Positions 12,410-25,382 of a DNA stretch of 64,000 nucleotides are shown here, piece after piece. The notes beneath the pieces are model-generated. The model was not told the origin of the DNA, did no database searches, and saw only the letters and a program-made list of their open reading frames with translations. Position numbers and translations under genes: made by a program. The DNA is from Cirrosporium novae-zelandiae (lineage: Eukaryota). Location of the stretch: assembly GCA_026023565.1 (NCBI GenBank), contig JAPETS010000016.1:310001-374000 (forward strand), given 5' to 3'. Position 1 is the stretch's first letter, and every line of letters starts with the position of its first letter.

Positions 12410-15400
12410 TTTGTGTGTATATGTATTAGATAGAAATATAAATGAGAAGATAGGCCGCCAAGGAGAGTTTGAATCAGCACTCTAGCAACGGTTCTAAGGC
12501 CGCTGAGATGCTTTGAGACCGCGGGGAATGCAAAGAAGAACAAGAGAAGCAAAAAAGAGTCAGACGGACACAAGGCGTCCAAGGCCTGGTTGATATGTAT
12601 AACTATGCAGGGCCAAGAGAACGAAGGAAGCAACAGAGGAGCGGGCCCCAAAGAAAAGCTGTGGGCCTTGGCGTCTACAAGTGACTTTGATAATCCAATT
12701 GGCAGACGCCTCGTTCCGGGCAGTGTACGAGATTCCATCATCCTTGGAAATCGTAGAGATAGGGCGCTGGTGGGATTAATTTTGGACACACAGACCTAGT
12801 CATGTTGAAAATCGTGAGAGAGTGGAACTTGGTTTCAGCCATACAACAAAGAGAACGGTTTGAGTAATCAGCAATAATCTGGGCCTGCGACTAATAGTAT
12901 TATGCGCACCAATTGCTTTTCTCTGATATCGGCAAGATGCCAAGATCATTCCCGAATAGTGGCTGCCTCTAAGAGCTCTGGAGACCTCTAAAGGGTGGTC
13001 TAAGAAACATTTAAATCTCAAAGACTTGACCGTTACTTGACCATCACTGGCCTGATTTCCGTTGTCTTGAATATGTTTTGGGACGTGCTTTTCCAGGTCC
13101 ATCCGTCTCCGTTATCGCTACAGTGTCTGAGTGGCCTGTCATGCCTGCCAGACACCCCCCTTCAATGTTGTTATCCAGATCTTGGCACCCTTCCGGAACC
13201 ATTCATCTATTTTTTTGTATCGGGTGCAATATAAGGGATTAGGAGCCGATGTCAACTATGATCCTCTTGCATGAGCCAACATGAACCAACATGAGCCAAC
13301 GTCCGTGTTTAATTCAGAGCAACACTCAACCCTGCATAATATGCAGGCACCTTGTTACATCAGTTTTTATTAGTCTACATGACGTGGGGGGATCAATTTC
13401 TCCAAATTACGACCTAATATCAAGCCGTGTATATCCACAGCCGTCTAAAGAAAGTCGCCAAGCTTCTTGTCAGTCTGGGCCTTTTCTAGGCATCTGAATA
13501 TCCGACCTCATATCAGTCTTGGCCATCACATTCTCCTCCAAGTGTCCTCGATCTAAGCTGGTGGCTGCCCACCATATGGTTGTTGAGGTTGCCGAGTCTT
13601 TGTTTTCATTGTTGTGTATCAATTCATGATATCTATAGCCTGTTGAATTATTTGCCGCTATCACGGATTCTCTTGGATGGCTTTGTTGAGTAGAGTAGAT
13701 TGGTGAATGGTTCGCCATGTGGAATATCCCAAGATCCAGGTGGCCACGATCTATTTACTCCACATTGAATGTTGTGTACGTATATCATTTCTAGGAGACT
13801 GTCTAACTGTATCACAGCCAAGGTGCACAGCCCCAGTATTTGCTTCTTCCTTCTTCTTCTTCTTCCTTCTTCCTTCTTCCTGTGAATCCTATCAAACCAG
13901 CCTCTGTCATATATTTGGATCCTATTAAAGTGTAAAAGCTATAACACAGCATCCATCCTGTGTTCCTACAACGAAGTACAATATACGAGGCACAACTCCC
14001 TCATCTCAGAATATTTGATTCGTGGCAGGACCGACGCTGCTGATTTGAAATGACCGTGTCCGGAGACCGGCACCACCTCACTGTTATTAGAGTTGCATAG
14101 CAAATTTGGGATTGGGAAATTTTCATCTCTTTCCGTCCAATTAATTCGTTTGAAAGGACAGAAAGGAGCAATGTTACAGAACTTTGAGGTCGTGTTCAAG
14201 GTACAAAAAGTACGCAGTCGTACATGGTTGGCCGTTGATGGTAAGTTGACCTCGGTTCTTAACCAAATGTGGACTAGTGAAAGATAAGTGTAACATCCCC
14301 TATTGGCTGTGACTTGTTGTCAAGATAAGCACTAACGAGCTTTCTCAATTTGGAAATGAAAATAACCTTTCCGATATCCGCCTCCCTCTCGACCCACCGT
14401 GTTCTTTCCAATCTATCGGTTCTCCTCTCCACAACAAGCTATATCCGTCGGACCTTCCATATGAGAGTCCTCCGACCATGTCTTTCTAGAATAGCACAAT
14501 AGTTCCCTCTATTTCTATCGACAATAACTCGACATTAAGAAACAGTAATAACACCCAAGTTTCAGATTAAACGACTATAAAGGTCTCGAACTTCTGCCTG
14601 TGTATTCATTTTGGCCTTGATTAACGACCTAGGTACACGGGTACTACAAACCATGCCATCAAACACAAACGGTACCAATAAATATTTATGCCTTTGAACT
14701 TTAGTCTTTCAGGATCAACGGAAGTGAAAAGGACCAGCGCATGACATTCGTTTAAGGTTTATACTCTACTAAATACACGCCACAAGGCTGAAAAAGTCTT
14801 GAGACACCATGAGGATTCCGTAGTTTAGTATTTGAGTTCATGTTGCGGTGTCAAGTCGCGGGGTGGACCACATACAATGTTTCTGTACTTGTCGTTTCTC
14901 GAATAATATATCCCATCAATCTGCGTTAAGGGAACTTTCACGCAACATGGAGCTTTGATAAAGATCAACTTTTTGTTTGAATCGACCCCTGCATCTATAA
15001 TGTTAACAAGGCCGTCAGGAATAAGGGAATGACAAAAACACTCAATAAAGAGTTTAAGTACTAATGGTCTGGGATCATGTTGTCCGGGTTATGCTCTTTC
15101 GAGCTCCCCCTCGTGGATTGTTGACCGCTACCTTGATTGTCTTCCTATTATGTGGGAAACAGTTTCGCAAAACCTAGACCACGTGGTGAATATTAAATTC
15201 TATGAGTGCCAGCAATTTCTTTCAAAGCTAGCTATATCCTTAACAAACTCCCTGTTGTCTCGCTACCTTTCTCACTCTTCTTTAATACCTTTTCAATTTC
15301 TCTATATAATCAATTTTCCTTATATTCAGGCATATTTCATACGGTGGAACTAGATATGGTGCTGCATAGGATCACTTTTATAGTATTTAAATATGTTGCA

Positions 15401-15670
15401 TGTAATCATAGGAGTGCAAGAATCTTAATTAATATGGTAGTTATCATGGAGAGGAAAATATTGACCTTTCAGAGGAGTCCAGCAGCGCCAAGGCGCTTAG
15501 GTGACGCGCAAGTCACATGCTCGATAAGTATCTTGTCAATCAGTAGATCTTGTCTAACCCCGATTCAGACATGTTGCCTTAAACAATTTCAAGTAATTTT
15601 TATATTATTGTGCCATTACGTTAAAAAATTACTCACGCTTCTTGAAATACTGTGTAGCTCTAATTCACCC

Positions 15671-18330
15671 ATGGAGGCAGAAATACGGGCTCAGATTCCC
15701 AATGTCGATTCGGTCGTTTCAGATTATTCCATTGTAAGCTAATTCTACCTGTTTTCGCATCCAGATTCTGAAGTACATATCAAAAGAGTTGCCATGTCTT
15801 TATAGCCAATGGCTGTCTATGCCGTGATACTAGATGCTAGTCGATCGACCTAGTCACTTTAAACTCGTTTTGGAAGATTGCAGGCGTGTACTTCATATTT
15901 CTATTATTCTAATATATAGTTAACCTTATTTTGATTCCTGCTAACAATTTTCACTAGGGCTATCTGACACATGCTTCTCGTGCTTATCAAGTGGATGGAG
16001 AAGCAAATGCTCTCTCACCGTTAGACGAAGCGGCCGAGTCTATTACTGCTCTCTTGATATCCGCTTCTGGTGATTTTACTGAAGAAAATGCTACTGCAGT
16101 CCGCAATTTGGTCCAGAAGTTCGTTTCAAAGTTAAATGCCGCAAATGGCGTTGATGGTGAAGCAAGGCAGATGCCCATGGCAGCAAAGAAACTGGACAGG
16201 GTTATCAATGTCGCTTCCCAGCGGAATATGTCCTCGACACTAGGCTTGGCCAGCGGTAATGTTGATCTAGAAGCTACTAATGTCAGGAAAGTAGAGTCTC
16301 GGGTCGACAAGAAGAAGCTCGAAAAGGCGGAACGCAAAATCCGTGCAAAGCAAGAGAAAAAGACGATGAAAAATGTCGAGTACGAGGCTTCGCGACTGTT
16401 GGACCAACCGGACGATGCTCAATCCTACGAAGAATTCTACATGGCTGTCAATCCTCTACAGCTGGGCTTGGATGGAAGTACCAAGAGTAAGGATATCAAG
16501 GTTGAGGGGTTCGATGTCACTATAGCTGGCAAGCGTATTCTATCAGACACATCTTTGACGCTTGCATATGCACGAAGATATGGTCTCGTGGGTCAAAACG
16601 GTATCGGTAAAAGTACTCTTCTACGTGCTCTGAGTAGACGTGAAGTTGCAATCCCAACACATATCTCGATTCTTCATGTAGAGCAAGAGGTATGACTGCC
16701 TTACGACAATTATATGGCAGTGCTAACAGATCTCAGATATCCGGGAATGACGTTCCTGCCTTGCAAGCAGTCCTAGATGCTGACGTCTGGTTAAAACACC
16801 TTCTCGCTGAACAAGAGGTAACTTCTCTCTCCCAGCTCGTGCTCGGACATTACTAACAATGTGTCCAGAAAATCATCAAGAGACTCACAGAAATAGAGAA
16901 TGAGCGCTCGTCTATGGCAGATACTTCAGCAGATGCCATCCAACTTGACAAAGAACGGGAGGCCTTAGATACCACCTTGACCGATGTTCAGGCAAAGCTC
17001 GGCGAGATGGACTCTGACAAGGCCGAGCCGCGAGCAGCAAGCATTCTAGCCGGTCTAGGCTTCTCCCCAGAACGACAACAATACGCAACCAAGACATTCT
17101 CAGGAGGTTGGAGAATGAGATTGGCCTTAGCCAGAGCACTTTTCTGCGAACCTGACCTCCTTCTCCTTGATGAACCTTCCAACATGTTGGATGTCCCATC
17201 CATCACCTTCTTATCAAACTACCTCCAGACCTACCCCGGCACCCTCCTTGTCGTTTCCCACGACAGAGCATTCCTGAACGAAGTTGCCACCGACATCATC
17301 CACCAGCATTCGGAACGCCTTGACTACTACAAGGGTTCGAACTTCGATTCCTTCTACGCCACCAAAGAAGAGAGGCGAAAGACAGCCAAACGCGAATACG
17401 ACAACCAGATGGCACAACGTGCACATCTGCAAGCCTTCATTGATAAATTCCGCTACAACGCAGCTAAATCCTCCGAAGCGCAATCAAGAATCAAAAAACT
17501 GGAGAAGATGCCGGTGCTCGAAGCCCCCGAGGCCGAATACACCGTCCACTTCAAATTCCCCGAGGTCGAGAAGCTCTCTCCTCCTATTGTGCAGATGACA
17601 AATGTTTCCTTTGGCTATGAGGCCGGCAAAATTCTCCTCGAGCATGTCGATCTGGATGTCCAACTCGATTCGCGGATCGGTATCGTTGGCCCCAACGGTG
17701 CCGGTAAGACTACCGCCTTGAAACTCCTGATAGGTGCTCTGGAGCCTACAAAGGGATTGATTTCACGGCAACCGAGGTTGAGAATCGGATACTTTGCACA
17801 ACATCACGTCGACGCTTTGGATCTGAACGCCAGCGCCGTCGGCTTCATGTCAAAGAAGTATCCCGGTAAGAGCGATGAAGAGTACCGACGACATCTAGGA
17901 GCGTAAGTCTCAACAAAACCAACAATATCCCTCCCCCCTAAAAACCTCTCCACTAACTACCCCCCTCCCCCACAGCTTCGGCATAACAGGAATGACCGGC
18001 CTCCAAAAAATGGACCTCCTCTCCGGTGGTCAAAAATCCCGCGTCGCATTCGCCTGCCTCTCCCTAACAAACCCCCACATCCTCGTCCTCGACGAACCGT
18101 CCAACCATCTGGATATCGAAGCCATGGACGCCCTAGCCCTAGCCCTCCAGCGCTTCGAGGGCGGCGTCGTCATGGTCAGTCACGATGTTACTATGCTGCA
18201 GAATGTTTGTAATAGCCTTTGGGTTTGTGATCATGGCACTGTGGAACACTTTGAGGGGGATATTAAGGCGTATAAGAGGAGGATTACGGCGCAGGCGGAT
18301 TCGTCGGGGGTGGTGCAGAAGCAGATGTAG
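15671..18330 (+). CDS. GCN20: ABC-F ATPase Gcn20, multi-exon
   Basis: Two ABC domains (GQNGIGKS, FSGGWRMRL, LDEPSN; GPNGAGKT, LSGGQKSR) without transmembrane segments. The N-terminal extension is typical of Gcn20. Confidence 0.92.
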
Positions 18331-18659
18331 GTGTAGATATTGATGTGGGTGGATGGGGATGGAATGGGTGTGGAGAAATGATGTGGGGGTTTTGTTGGTA
18401 GTGATGATATGAATTCTACGAGTTTATGTTAGCCAAGTGGGGGGGGGGGGAAGGAACCTCATTTCCAATCTCAAAAAGTATAGGAATATTTCCCCATGCT
18501 TTATGCAACAACATACAAGTTTAGAAAAGCATACATACTTTGGAATTTAACCCCCCTACCCAAAACAAGTATCTATATCTTGTATAAAAAAAACTCCCTT
18601 GACCTATAGCAAAAAAAAAGCGAGTAACCAACGAGCCATTTGTTGTACTGTACTTTGCT

Positions 18660-20475
18660 TTATTCCTTTACTACCACATCCATATCCACATCCCTTTTCG
18701 TATTATCCTCCTCGGCTTTCTCAACCTTCCTCCGTTTATATCTTCCCCTCGCCTCGACCTTCCCCTCTGCTGGTACAACCCTCCTTGCACAAAACATATA
18801 CCCATCCGCCCCGCCCCGATCACTCATTACAGGGTGCGTCCGTCCCGGAAGAGCCTGCCATCGCTGTACCCTCGCTGTATGGATCGTTGGCGCAAGCAAC
18901 AGCGTCGGATTGACAGGCCACTCCTCGCTGGGAACTGTAGGCGGAGTCTGAGAATCGGATTCAAGCTGGAAGGCGGCACGGCGGGCCGTGGAATATAGGT
19001 CGGCGAGGTGGGTGAGGGGTTCGATTGTCGGGGAGTATACAACAATGTGAGCGGCACCGGCGAGGAGGGGCACACAATGTTGGAGGATGGAGACGGGAGA
19101 CATGAATGCAGAGATGATTAGACCGTCGAACCCGCCGGCGCGAGTCTCGTCTACTACGTTCTTGATTCGGGTCCAGCGGCGACGTTTTCGGAAGTAGGAG
19201 CTTCGTTTTCCGGTTTTCCAGGTCTTGAGTACGTCGTCGGGGATGAGGGCTGGTTCTGCATAACCGGAGTCCGACCCAGGGTGTAGGAGTTGGAGCCAGG
19301 AGAGGGTTTTGAGGTGAGTGTAGAGCGGGTGCGTGTGGGAGGGTTCGTTAGCGTCGAAATGGAAGTAGCGGAGCAGAGAGAGGTTGGGTTGAGCAGCGGA
19401 GTGGAGGAGAGTGAGGGTGTTGGTGGGAGAGCCCATTGCGAGAGGATGGTTATGTTTCTTGGGATGTGCACGCGCTGTCATTGTAGGAGAAGGGGGATTT
19501 GCTGTTGGTGGCGGGTTAGGACATTCCGAGTCGGAATCCGAGGTCTTGTCGTGTGGATATAAAATGCCCATTCGTTCTGCCATTGCTGCTATAAGGAGTC
19601 CACCAGTTTCGTCTACTACGAGCCATCTACCACCACCGATTTTGCCAACTCCATCCTCCGTGGTCGGAAACGTGCGATTGGCACCTCCGTAATGTATATT
19701 CGCCCAGCTTCCTACCAGTGCCATCAGCTCCTCTCTCATCTCCATTATTTTCATCGGCTCTTTATCACTCAACATCCAGTTCGTCAGGGTCGGGACATCC
19801 AGCGGGAGCACCGTAAATCTCTTCAGATACTTCTTCGCTTTCCGTAGGGTATATTTCGCCAGAGAAAAGGCAGTTTTCTGGTCGATTGCTGAATGAGATG
19901 CAAGGACTTTGGAAATGATATCTTTTCCTGAAGTGCCATCTTTTTTTAGGGCTTCGATATCCTCCATTGTCAGCTTTTGCCGACTCGGATCATCAATTGT
20001 ATGTTGATTTGTTCGCATGACAACTTTGCCATCGTTTTCAACAAGCTCATATTCTGGAGTTCCATCCACGCTTTCATTCTTTGGCTCATCCACAAGTTCT
20101 AGGGGGGGCGTCGAAGCTTCTTCGTCAATGAGATCGGTGAGAGCTTCAGCGTTCAGCTCTGAGGCTGGGACGATGCGTAAACTGGGGACATTCGGGGGAT
20201 CTTGTTTTTCAACTATCTCAAAGGTGATATTGTAAGGGCGACCTAATATCTGGTTTACCTGGAAGATTCCATATTTTCCAAGGGAGATTGTTCTGTGTAG
20301 TAGCTTGTTAGTGAGTGAGCTAGAACTGCAACAGGGAATGAGGTGTAAGTGGTGTCAAATGCTCACAAAAGAACCAATTTACATACGTATTAGGCACAAC
20401 CTGTATGATTTTATGAAGCTCTGATGGTAGTAGCAATGCTACGTAATCATTGGGACGAATTGTTGAATGGATCAT
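18660..20475 (-). CDS. TRM6: tRNA m1A58 methyltransferase non-catalytic subunit Trm6/Gcd10, 2 exons
   Basis: Exon 1 MIHSTIRPNDYVAL and exon 2 ISLGKYGIFQVNQILGRPYNITFEI. Also QKLTMEDIEALK, KTAFSLAKY, VVDETGGLL and WQALPGRTHPVM. Confidence 0.9.
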
Positions 20476-20655
20476 AGCTGCGCATAACTTCTAAGCAATT
20501 AATTTAATTTCTGGAGCTCAAAGTTGGAGGGAAATAATATCCTTGGCCTTGGATAAGAGATAAACTTCAAACCTTCTTATCAAGAAGCCCTAATCTTTCA
20601 CCCATACACAGTACATACACAGTCCACATCAATCGCTAAGGATTTTCAACCCCAT

Positions 20656-20861
20656 AGTTGGCTGGTCTAATGGTTATGATATCTCGTTCACAGCAGTGTG
20701 AGCTCCACAATACCGAGAAGGTTCCGAGGTTCGCATTCAATCACCATTATTGGCATATATAAAATTTCAATTAACATCAGCTAGTTCGATCCTCGTAAGT
20801 GGTTCCTGGGCTTCAACCATTCCTTCACAGATGTATTAACTAAGACATTAGGAGCTGACTA
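20656..20861 (+). tRNA. tRNA-Val(CAC) with one canonical 37/38 intron (20693-20712) and two GT-AG introns in the T-arm (20729-20784, 20795-20851)
   Basis: Joined exons give AGTTGGCTGGTCTAATGGTTATGATATCTCGTTCACA-CCGAGAAGGTTCCGAG-TTCGATCCTC-GAGCTGACTA (73 nt). Acceptor stem AGTTGGC/GCTGACT, Val-type D arm, anticodon stem TCTCG/CGAGA, T-loop TTCGATC, discriminator A. Confidence 0.85.
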
Positions 20862-20870
20862 TATCAATGA

Positions 20871-20876
20871 TTTTTT
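20871..20876 (+). terminator. Pol III oligo-dT terminator of the split tRNA-Val gene
   Basis: T6 run starting 10 nt after the discriminator base. There is no run of 4 or more T within 20656-20861. Confidence 0.7.
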
Positions 20877-21360
20877 GACCATTCTATTAATACTACCACT
20901 TCAAAAACACGCCCGTACTTGAAAGGTGAATGTATGAACGTATGAATGACAACGCTAGATGGGAATGAATAAAAAATATCAGCATTCCCTTAAGCTAGTC
21001 TTTAGGGTCTAAATAGTAATTATGGTTGATATAGTTTATTAGCCTTATGGAGCCAACCCCCTGACCCCACAGGACAAAGTATTATCAGATGGTTTTATAT
21101 AAGTTGTATAAAACAAAGGGTACAACTATGCAAGAGTACTCCTGCCTTTCCGACAACCTTTGAAATTGGAAATGATATTGGTTCCTAGACTTTGGGACTG
21201 CAGAGTGGACACCGGCTTCTTTGGTTTCATGAATATATCATTCATCGCTCCTTCGCCAGCAAATATATCGTCTAACGCAGGGATGGTCACTGAGCAAGGC
21301 CTCCTTTTTCAACTTGCTGTCTTCTATTGAACACATATATACGCTGCCTTACACATTTCC

Positions 21361-22302
21361 TTACAGAGATTTGCCCATGAACTTTCTCTTTGTGAAACTA
21401 AGCCACCACTGTGTAGTTTCAAGTCAGCATATGTTCGAAGTAGTTTGAAGTTCGAGTGGTACCTTTGATGGCGTGTTTGTTCCGTCGGCATAAATTCTTG
21501 CTAATAGTCGTTGAGCAAGTTCTTGTCGAACTTGGGAGATGTATCTAAGACGCACACCACTTTATTAGAATATACCCTGGAAGTGAATGAAAGAGAGTTA
21601 GGAGTAAAAGCCCAGGACTAATAACTCACTGTCGTAGCGTCTCGGCGTCTTGTCTATTACTGGGAGTTTCGAATGCCTGGTTCAGCGGGAACGATGCATC
21701 ACCGGGAATAGCAAATTGATCGAGGGCAGTATTCGTTAAGACCTATACCGGAATAACCAAAAAATCTTAGTAACTGTGCCTTTTATCCTCTCCTTCGAAT
21801 TTGTCTTTTAGAAAATAGCATAATAATGCAAGCCCAGACAAACCTTCTCAGCCTCTCTAGTCCCCATTCCCTTATTCAGCTTTCCCAAACATTCGCTCAC
21901 GAACAAGATCCCATAGATCAACAATCGATCAGCTGGTCCCTTAATCTCAAAGTTTCGAAAAAAGGTATTTGCGCGGAAGAGGGAAATGACTTCATCGAGC
22001 GGATCGTAGGATTCGGAGGAGGGGTCTACATCAAGGTCGGAGGTTCCAGCAGGGAGAGGAGGGAGGGTGTACGCAGGACCACGAGTACGAGTACGCAATG
22101 GAAGGAGGGCGAAATTCCCTAGTAACAAAACGATCAAAACTATTCCTACAAAGGAGGACAGGACAAAAGACTATACCTATCACTCGAACTTCGGGATCAT
22201 CGAGGAAAACAGAGTGATAAGCCTAAGAAGTGAGGGAAGTCAGTTTCTTAGCAACCAAGTAGACATGTATACTGTGGGGGAAAGTTATATACTCACCGGC
22301 AT
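21361..22302 (-). CDS. ARC18: Arp2/3 complex p21 subunit (ARPC3), many small exons
   Basis: MP|AYHSVF start, GNFALLPLRTRTRGPA, LFRANTFFRNFEIKGPADRLLIYG, FAIPGDASFPLN and WWLSFTKRKFMGKSL. Confidence 0.93.
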
Positions 22303-23863
22303 TGTTATCGTAATATCGGAGAGTAATGCTGTAGTTTGTCTAGGCCGTTAGAATAGCATTGCAGGTAGAATCTTGGTTGGGTCCTACCTTATGCATACAC
22401 ATGTCTCATAGGGCTACGATTAAGGTAATCGTCACCGGCGCGCTAAGCGGCTAAGCCGCATATTGGCTTGAGAGCAAGGTAGCCCTTCAATTCACCCAAT
22501 TGGTTTCAAATTACAATTAACAAAGGAAAAAAAAATTACTTAATTCATTACCTAACAATTATCTTGGTTTAGTTATTAGAATAGGCAATCTCTGGGCTTC
22601 AAACTAAATGTCTTCACGTTGTTTTACAGACTTATTTGGGATATCCTTCTGAAGTCCCTGTATAAAAACATTTCCTTGTTTGATAGCATTCGAGTTTGAC
22701 TACGACCTTAATAAAGGGTTCGACATGTCTTTCTAACAATACATAAAGTCTTTAGCAGTGGATTCATACCTAGAATATGTTCTATGGTTGATGCCCACTA
22801 TCCAAGAGAATGATAACAATGGAGAAATCTAGCTTATGACCTCTCGAAACGGCCACCACTTTGATTGCTGTTCACCCTAGCCGTGTATCCCATGGTGATA
22901 GCAGTTCCCTTAGATATTTATCAAGAGAGCTTAAAAGGAGAACATGCATGAGAACGATAGACTATTTATTTTTTTTAAAAAAAGGTTAATACCACAAGGC
23001 TTGGGTATAATTGCCGGGCCGTTTTGGGTTAAGGTTGGACGTCAAGTCATTATGGGAAAAAAAGGGAAAAAAAAGTCCTGATTGGATTTTCAAGATATCT
23101 GTTCTGACTGTATCCAGAAAGTATGTTCGTTGGTAATAGAGAAAGGGGTTGGTAGATGTCGGAAGGGGCCTGATATTAATAGCCTTAGATTGGAAATTAG
23201 TGTCCCAAATGTAGTAGCTAAGAGGAATTTTCAAAGCAAAAGTTTATACAAGGAGAAGAACCCCAAGACCTGGGATAAACCAAAACATTCTTCTATATAT
23301 GTAAGTTAAGTGACGGTAAGTAATAAAATATATTTCCAAGGTTGGCAGGGACCTTTAATAAACGTAGACGCGTACAGCATAGTTGAAAGGTGGAATGGTG
23401 AGGAGAGTGAAGGTCCCTAAGGCTTGGTTGCACTAGTCACGTGATCGTCTCGCTGCCTTAGTTACGGTTCTACGACAACTCAGTTCAACTTGACATTCAC
23501 TCCCGCCGATCAATGACCTAAATCCTGGGTCCTCCATCGCATTGTTCTCTCATCACCTCGAAATACACGATCTGCTCGATCCGTCTTCGAAATTTACGAA
23601 ACCTTTCGATATTCCTTCCTACGACTTTGAAACATCATCGACTTCTAGCGAGGTGCTGACATGCTGAACAAAACCTGAAGCGCTTCCCGCCTTCTTTGAA
23701 GCCTGTGCCGTGAGAATTTGAGTGCTTCGCTCCACCCTTTCGGTAATTCTACCTCAATACCGCATATACGCCTGCCTCGCACCCTGAATACCTCGTGAAC
23801 GCTTCCTTGCAAATCCTGGAGAAAGAGGCCCGTCACTCGACATTCCCAACATCTCTTCCCTTG

Positions 23864-25382
23864 ATGTCAGTGGCGGAATCAAATAATGCCTCTCTCAATC
23901 CATCGACACAAGCGCCTTCCGACGAGGCGACGTCGCATTTCCAGTCTTTCTCATCCCCACCATCATCAACTCCAATGTCCGCTCAAACATCTCAGAAAAC
24001 GATAACAACCCCCAACACCGTCCCCACTCCAGCTAGTACTAGTTTCGGTCCGACATCTGCGCCAATGTATAACAGCGGTAGTGGAAGTATGGATGGAGAT
24101 GCAATGATGGATATTGATGATCAGAAAAGTAAAAATTACGGACATGTTGAGAATCATAACCAGGGCGGTGTAAATATGGATATTGATCACCCAAGGGAAT
24201 TGCAAAATCAGATTTCAGCCAGTCAGGGACTAAACCAATTCGGTAGCAGTGCCGCAGGAACCAGTATGGGAGAGAACGGGGGTGACGAGGGAAGTATGCG
24301 TGGAGTAAAGAGAAGCTCAGATTGGCTTCGAGAAAATACGGAATCTCACTATCTTGTCTGCAATAAGGGTAAGGATTCCTCACTGACTTTTCCCATTCTC
24401 CTTTACATCTAAAGCACAATATGTTGACACAAGACGATGACCTAGCTCATCGTACTACCCCACCTTACTACACTCACGATATGCTGGATACCTTCGGTCT
24501 AGGTTATCTTGCAGCGCAATTTGTCCGCACAGACGAGAAAGGTCAGAAATTAAACAAATTGAGACGATCTTACAAGGGATATATCATGTCATTTGGACTG
24601 GCTGGGCGAAATAAAGCCACCAACTCAATACGAAGCGAAGAAGATTTTGGGCCTTTGCACGAAAGACTCTCGTGGCCGGACGAAGAATGGCAGAATCAAA
24701 GAGTATCTGGGAAGGATGTTGAAACAGGATGGACTATGGACAAATCCATGGAGGCGAAACTCGCGCAAGCGATGCAGATGGAACCTGGACCAGTACCAAT
24801 TAGAAATCCAGACAGAGAACGAGCCGATGAAGATTCAAAGGACTCTACGAAATGGCTGAATTGGGAGCATATATTAGGCACCGAGAAGTCCAAGCCGGTC
24901 CGATCTACCATAGACGGGAACTTGAAAAAACCAATATCTACGACAGCACCAAATACTCGACAGCCTTCACAAATGAATGGCGTGGCTGCTGGGAATATCA
25001 CGCCCAATGCAAACGAGAACCCTAGATTAAGACGCCGTGGGCGCAAACGACGTTACGACGAAGGTAGCTTTGAGGGATACGGTGAAGGATATATGGATGA
25101 TGATGGGGAAACTAGTGCTGACGATGGAAGTCGGAGAGGCAGCGGGTCAAAAAAGAAGAGAAAAAAGGTAAATTGATCTAGTATTTTATGCGTCTCACGA
25201 GAATGGCTTTATCATATTATTGTGATTTTGATTTAGGCCTTCACCTACCTAGTAGCCTTTTAAATGCAGTGTACTAATTTAATGGGATACAGGATTTTGA
25301 GCCCCCAAGCCAGTCTGGTATGGGTCAAAGAACAGGAAGTTATGGCATTGGCATGATGAGCGTTGGAGCCTATGGCCGGTGA
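23864..25382 (+). CDS. ROX3: Mediator subunit Med19/Rox3, 3 exons (start codon uncertain)
   Basis: FGLGYLAAQFVRTDEKGQKLNKLRRSYKGYIMSFGLAGRNK resembles the fungal Rox3 domain. Basic tail RKRRYDEGSFEGYGEGY...KKKRKK. Confidence 0.75.

Noticed and set aside
12410..13300. GATA sites upstream of the ammonium permease as AreA-binding elements
   Set aside because: A few HGATAR matches exist, but by eye their density is not clearly above background.
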